Under the pieces are notes generated by a model. That model searched no databases. It saw only the letters and a list, made by a program, of their open reading frames with translations, and had not been told where the DNA came from. Made by a program: the position numbers and the translations under genes. Source: Opitutales bacterium (GTDB lineage: Bacteria; Verrucomicrobiota; Verrucomicrobiia; Opitutales; PNEW01). Taken from it: DNA of 64,000 nt. Location of the stretch: NCBI GenBank assembly GCA_965197745.1, contig CBDANS010000007.1:1696001-1760000 (forward strand). Reading direction: 5' to 3'. How positions within the stretch are numbered: position 1 is the first letter of the stretch; every line of letters begins with the position of its first letter. Shown one piece after another: positions 61,235 to 64,000 of this stretch.

Positions 61235-62227
61235 ATGAATTGGCGTAGTGCAATTTTAATATTAACGGGGGTTTTAGCAGCTTGTTCATCTTCCAATAAA
61301 GACACAGAAACTTACCGTATCGCGGTTATCCCAAAAGGGACAACCCATGTTTTCTGGAAATCCATACACGCCGGTGCGATTAAAGCGGAACGTGAGTTCA
61401 ATGCTTTGAATATACCGGTGGAAATAATATGGAAAGGCCCCCTGAAGGAGGATGACCGTTCAGCTCAAATTAACGTAGTCGAAAATTTTATTGGACAGGA
61501 AGTCGACGGCATTGTCCTTGCTCCTTTGGATAGCAAAGCCCTCGTAGCCCCAGTAATAAAGGCGGAGCGGGCGGGAATACCAACGGTGATATTTGATTCG
61601 GGACTCGAATATGAGGGGATCGCGAGTTTCGCCGCAACCGATAACTACAAGGGTGGTCGCATGGCGGGTGAATATCTTGTCGAGCTTCTGGAAGGGAAAG
61701 GAAAGGTTATAATGCTGCGTTTCATGGTTGGATCAGCCAGTTCCACAGCGCGCGAACAGGGTTTTCTCGACGTGGTTTCGCGCTATCCAGATATTCAACT
61801 CCTCTCTACCGATAAGTACACCGGCGCTACGCGAGATACCGCACATACTGCTTCTCAAAATATCCTGAATCGTTTCGGAGATGAGGTGGATGGTATATTT
61901 ATGCCTAACGAATCTTCCACCAACGGAATGTTATTAGCTTTACGCGCCATTGGGCGTGCTGGTGGTGATGTAAAATTCGTAGGTTTTGATGGCGGCGATC
62001 AAAATGTGCAGGGGGTGGAAGCAGGAGACATTCAGGGGATCGTTATTCAGGACCCGTTCAAAATGGGTTACGTCGGGGTAAAACTAATGATCCAACATCT
62101 TCAAGGGCAAAGCGTCAAACAGCGTGTCGATACCGGGGCAACACTTGTCACACGCGATAATTTAAATGACGGTCATATCCAAAAGCTTCTCTTTCCTCCG
62201 CTGGATAAATATGCGGAACGTCTGTAA
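61235..62227 (+). CDS. Monosaccharide ABC substrate-binding lipoprotein (RbsB-like), copy 1
   Basis: LAAC lipobox; HVFWK, ATDNYKGG, VGFD, QDP..MGY. Confidence 0.92.
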   Translation: MNWRSAILILTGVLAACSSSNKDTETYRIAVIPKGTTHVFWKSIHAGAIKAEREFNALNIPVEIIWKGPLKEDDRSAQINVVENFIGQEVDGIVLAPLDSKALVAPVIKAERAGIPTVIFDSGLEYEGIASFAATDNYKGGRMAGEYLVELLEGKGKVIMLRFMVGSASSTAREQGFLDVVSRYPDIQLLSTDKYTGATRDTAHTASQNILNRFGDEVDGIFMPNESSTNGMLLALRAIGRAGGDVKFVGFDGGDQNVQGVEAGDIQGIVIQDPFKMGYVGVKLMIQHLQGQSVKQRVDTGATLVTRDNLNDGHIQKLLFPPLDKYAERL

Positions 62228-62385
62228 GCACTTTGGTGCCGATGAAAGCACGCATATGGAAATACTAAGGGGTTCCTATGCACCTGATGCGGAAGTGATT
62301 ACACAAGATTCAAGCCATTCATCCCGGGCCACCCGCTAAACTTTAATTGCGATATTTCAAAGGATAGACAACCTTTACACGAAAT

Positions 62386-63372
62386 ATGAATCTGCGCATC
62401 GGGTTTTTTATATTTGCTGGTTTATTTTTAGCGAGCTGTACTGCTTCCAATATAGAGGCTGAAAAATATCGTATCGCCGTTATCCCGAAAGGCACCACCC
62501 ATGTCTTTTGGAAATCTATTCATGCCGGGGCATTGAAAGCGGAACGCGAGTTTAACGCTTCTGGTATCCCGGTAGAAATAATCTGGAAAGGGCCGCTAAA
62601 AGAAGATGACCGTTCAACTCAAATCAACCTCGTAGAAAACTTTATTGGTCAAAAAGTCGATGGTATCGTGCTTGCGCCTCTGGATAGCAAAACGCTGATC
62701 ACGCCAGTGATTAAAGCAGAACGCGCGGGAATCCCCACTCTGATATTTGATTCGGGTCTCGAATATGACGGTATCGTAAGTTATGTCGCCACTGATAATT
62801 ACAGGGGCGGTCGCATGGCGGGTGAATATCTTGTTGAGCTTCTCGAAGGTAAGGGAAATGTAATAATGATGCGGTTCATGGTGGGATCGGCAAGTGACAC
62901 AGCGCGCGAACAAGGTTTTCTCGATGTGGTTACGTCATACCCGGAGATTAATCTTCTTTCTACAAATAAGTATACTGGCGCTACTCGCGATTCCGCATAT
63001 TCTGCCTCGCAAAATATCCTGAATCGCTTCGGAGACAAGGTGGATGGCATATTTATGACTAACGAATCTTCAACTAACGGAATGCTCTTAGCTTTACGCG
63101 CAATTGGACGAGCTGAAGGCGATGTAAAATTTGTTGGATTTGACGGCGGTGATCAAAACGTGCAGGGGCTGGAGGCCGGTGACATTCAAGGATTCGTCAT
63201 TCAGGATCCATATAAGATGGGATACACCGCGGTTAAATTGATAATTCAACACCTCCAAGGGCAATCTGTAGTAAACCGTGTCGATACCGGAGCCACCTTA
63301 GTAACCCCAGATAATTTAAATGATGATCAAATCCAGAAGCTTCTCTTCCCACCCTTGGATGATTTTATATAA
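62386..63372 (+). CDS. Monosaccharide ABC substrate-binding lipoprotein (RbsB-like), copy 2
   Basis: LASC lipobox; closely similar to 61235-62227 along its whole length. Confidence 0.92.
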   Translation: MNLRIGFFIFAGLFLASCTASNIEAEKYRIAVIPKGTTHVFWKSIHAGALKAEREFNASGIPVEIIWKGPLKEDDRSTQINLVENFIGQKVDGIVLAPLDSKTLITPVIKAERAGIPTLIFDSGLEYDGIVSYVATDNYRGGRMAGEYLVELLEGKGNVIMMRFMVGSASDTAREQGFLDVVTSYPEINLLSTNKYTGATRDSAYSASQNILNRFGDKVDGIFMTNESSTNGMLLALRAIGRAEGDVKFVGFDGGDQNVQGLEAGDIQGFVIQDPYKMGYTAVKLIIQHLQGQSVVNRVDTGATLVTPDNLNDDQIQKLLFPPLDDFI

Positions 63373-63432
63373 AAACTGTAAGATGACTGTGTCCTGGAGA
63401 AGAGACTAAATGCTCAAATAACAGAAATAGCG

Positions 63433-64000
63433 ATGCGATTACAAATGCGGGGTGTCAGTAAACGTTTTGGTGCAACGCCGGCTTTAAACGATGTCAATTT
63501 TGAAATAAATGCCGGTGAAGTACATGCCTTGATAGGAGAAAATGGAGCGGGAAAAAGTACGCTAATGAAGATACTCAGTGGTGCCTATTCTCCGGATGCG
63601 GGTAAAATTACGCTCGAGGGGAAAGCCTTTACTCCTGGCAATCCTCTACACGCTCGGAAAGCCGGTATTGCGATGATTTATCAGGAACTTAATCTCGCCC
63701 CGCATCTAAACGCGGAGGAAAATATTCTACTTGGCAAAGAACCAAGCCGGTTTGGCTGGCTCAATCCTGCGAAGCGGCGTCAACTTGCTCAAGAAGCATT
63801 AGATAAACTTAATCATCCTCATTTACCGCTGGATAAGCCAGTCCATCTCCTTTCCCTCGCTGAACAGCAGGTTATAGAAATTGCGCGCGCCTGTATCGGG
63901 TCAGCACATCTCCTAATTATGGATGAACCTACTAGCAGCTTGACTCGAGTCGACGTTCAAAATCTCTTTTTAATAATAAAAAAGTTACGTGATCAGGGCG
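63433..64000 (+). CDS. Sugar ABC transporter ATP-binding protein (RbsA-like), cut by the window end
   Basis: Hand translation: MRLQMRGVSKRFG..GEVHALIGENGAGKSTLMKILSG..IYQELNL..EIARA..MDEPTSSL; open to 64000. Confidence 0.92.
   Translation, partial: MRLQMRGVSKRFGATPALNDVNFEINAGEVHALIGENGAGKSTLMKILSGAYSPDAGKITLEGKAFTPGNPLHARKAGIAMIYQELNLAPHLNAEENILLGKEPSRFGWLNPAKRRQLAQEALDKLNHPHLPLDKPVHLLSLAEQQVIEIARACIGSAHLLIMDEPTSSLTRVDVQNLFLIIKKLRDQG

Noticed and set aside
1..64000. CRISPR array, rRNA, IS/transposase, integrase or prophage genes
   Set aside because: No regularly spaced repeats or matching protein motifs seen; intergenic gaps are short except in the first 1.4 kb

Overview
A gene-dense, mostly housekeeping and catabolic chromosomal segment from a moderately AT-rich bacterium. 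Gene content (tandem-domain TonB, ACIII next to a C-type oxidase, sulfatases, Kelch-SSS fusion) suggests Verrucomicrobiota/Opitutales; this is inference. The centrepiece is an 11-gene respiratory operon (29063-40335, minus) joining alternative complex III (actABCDEF plus a possible actG) to ccoS-ccoN-ccoO and a monoheme cytochrome c. It is preceded by a Cu-type P1B-ATPase gene broken by an (AT)7 frameshift and an in-frame TAG. Other content: a TolC/adaptor/ABC exporter operon, glycosyltransferases, a SNF2 helicase, fdhD, psd, sulfatases, PhoD, heptose kinase and phosphatase, argS, hpt, several ABC transporters and a tandemly duplicated sugar-binding protein. The first ~1.3 kb looks like a decayed integration scar: a degenerate tRNA 3' half, a frameshifted isochorismatase-like remnant and a branched inverted-repeat element. 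No CRISPR array, rRNA, intact tRNA, transposase, integrase or recognisable defence system was seen. The best novelty candidates are two probable pseudo-enzymes (cyclophilin-like, thymidine-phosphorylase-like), an uncharacterised C-terminal domain on the exported cyclophilin-like protein, and an unassigned sugar-acid uptake and catabolism cluster (42877-48322). All calls come from reading motifs by eye; no searches were run.
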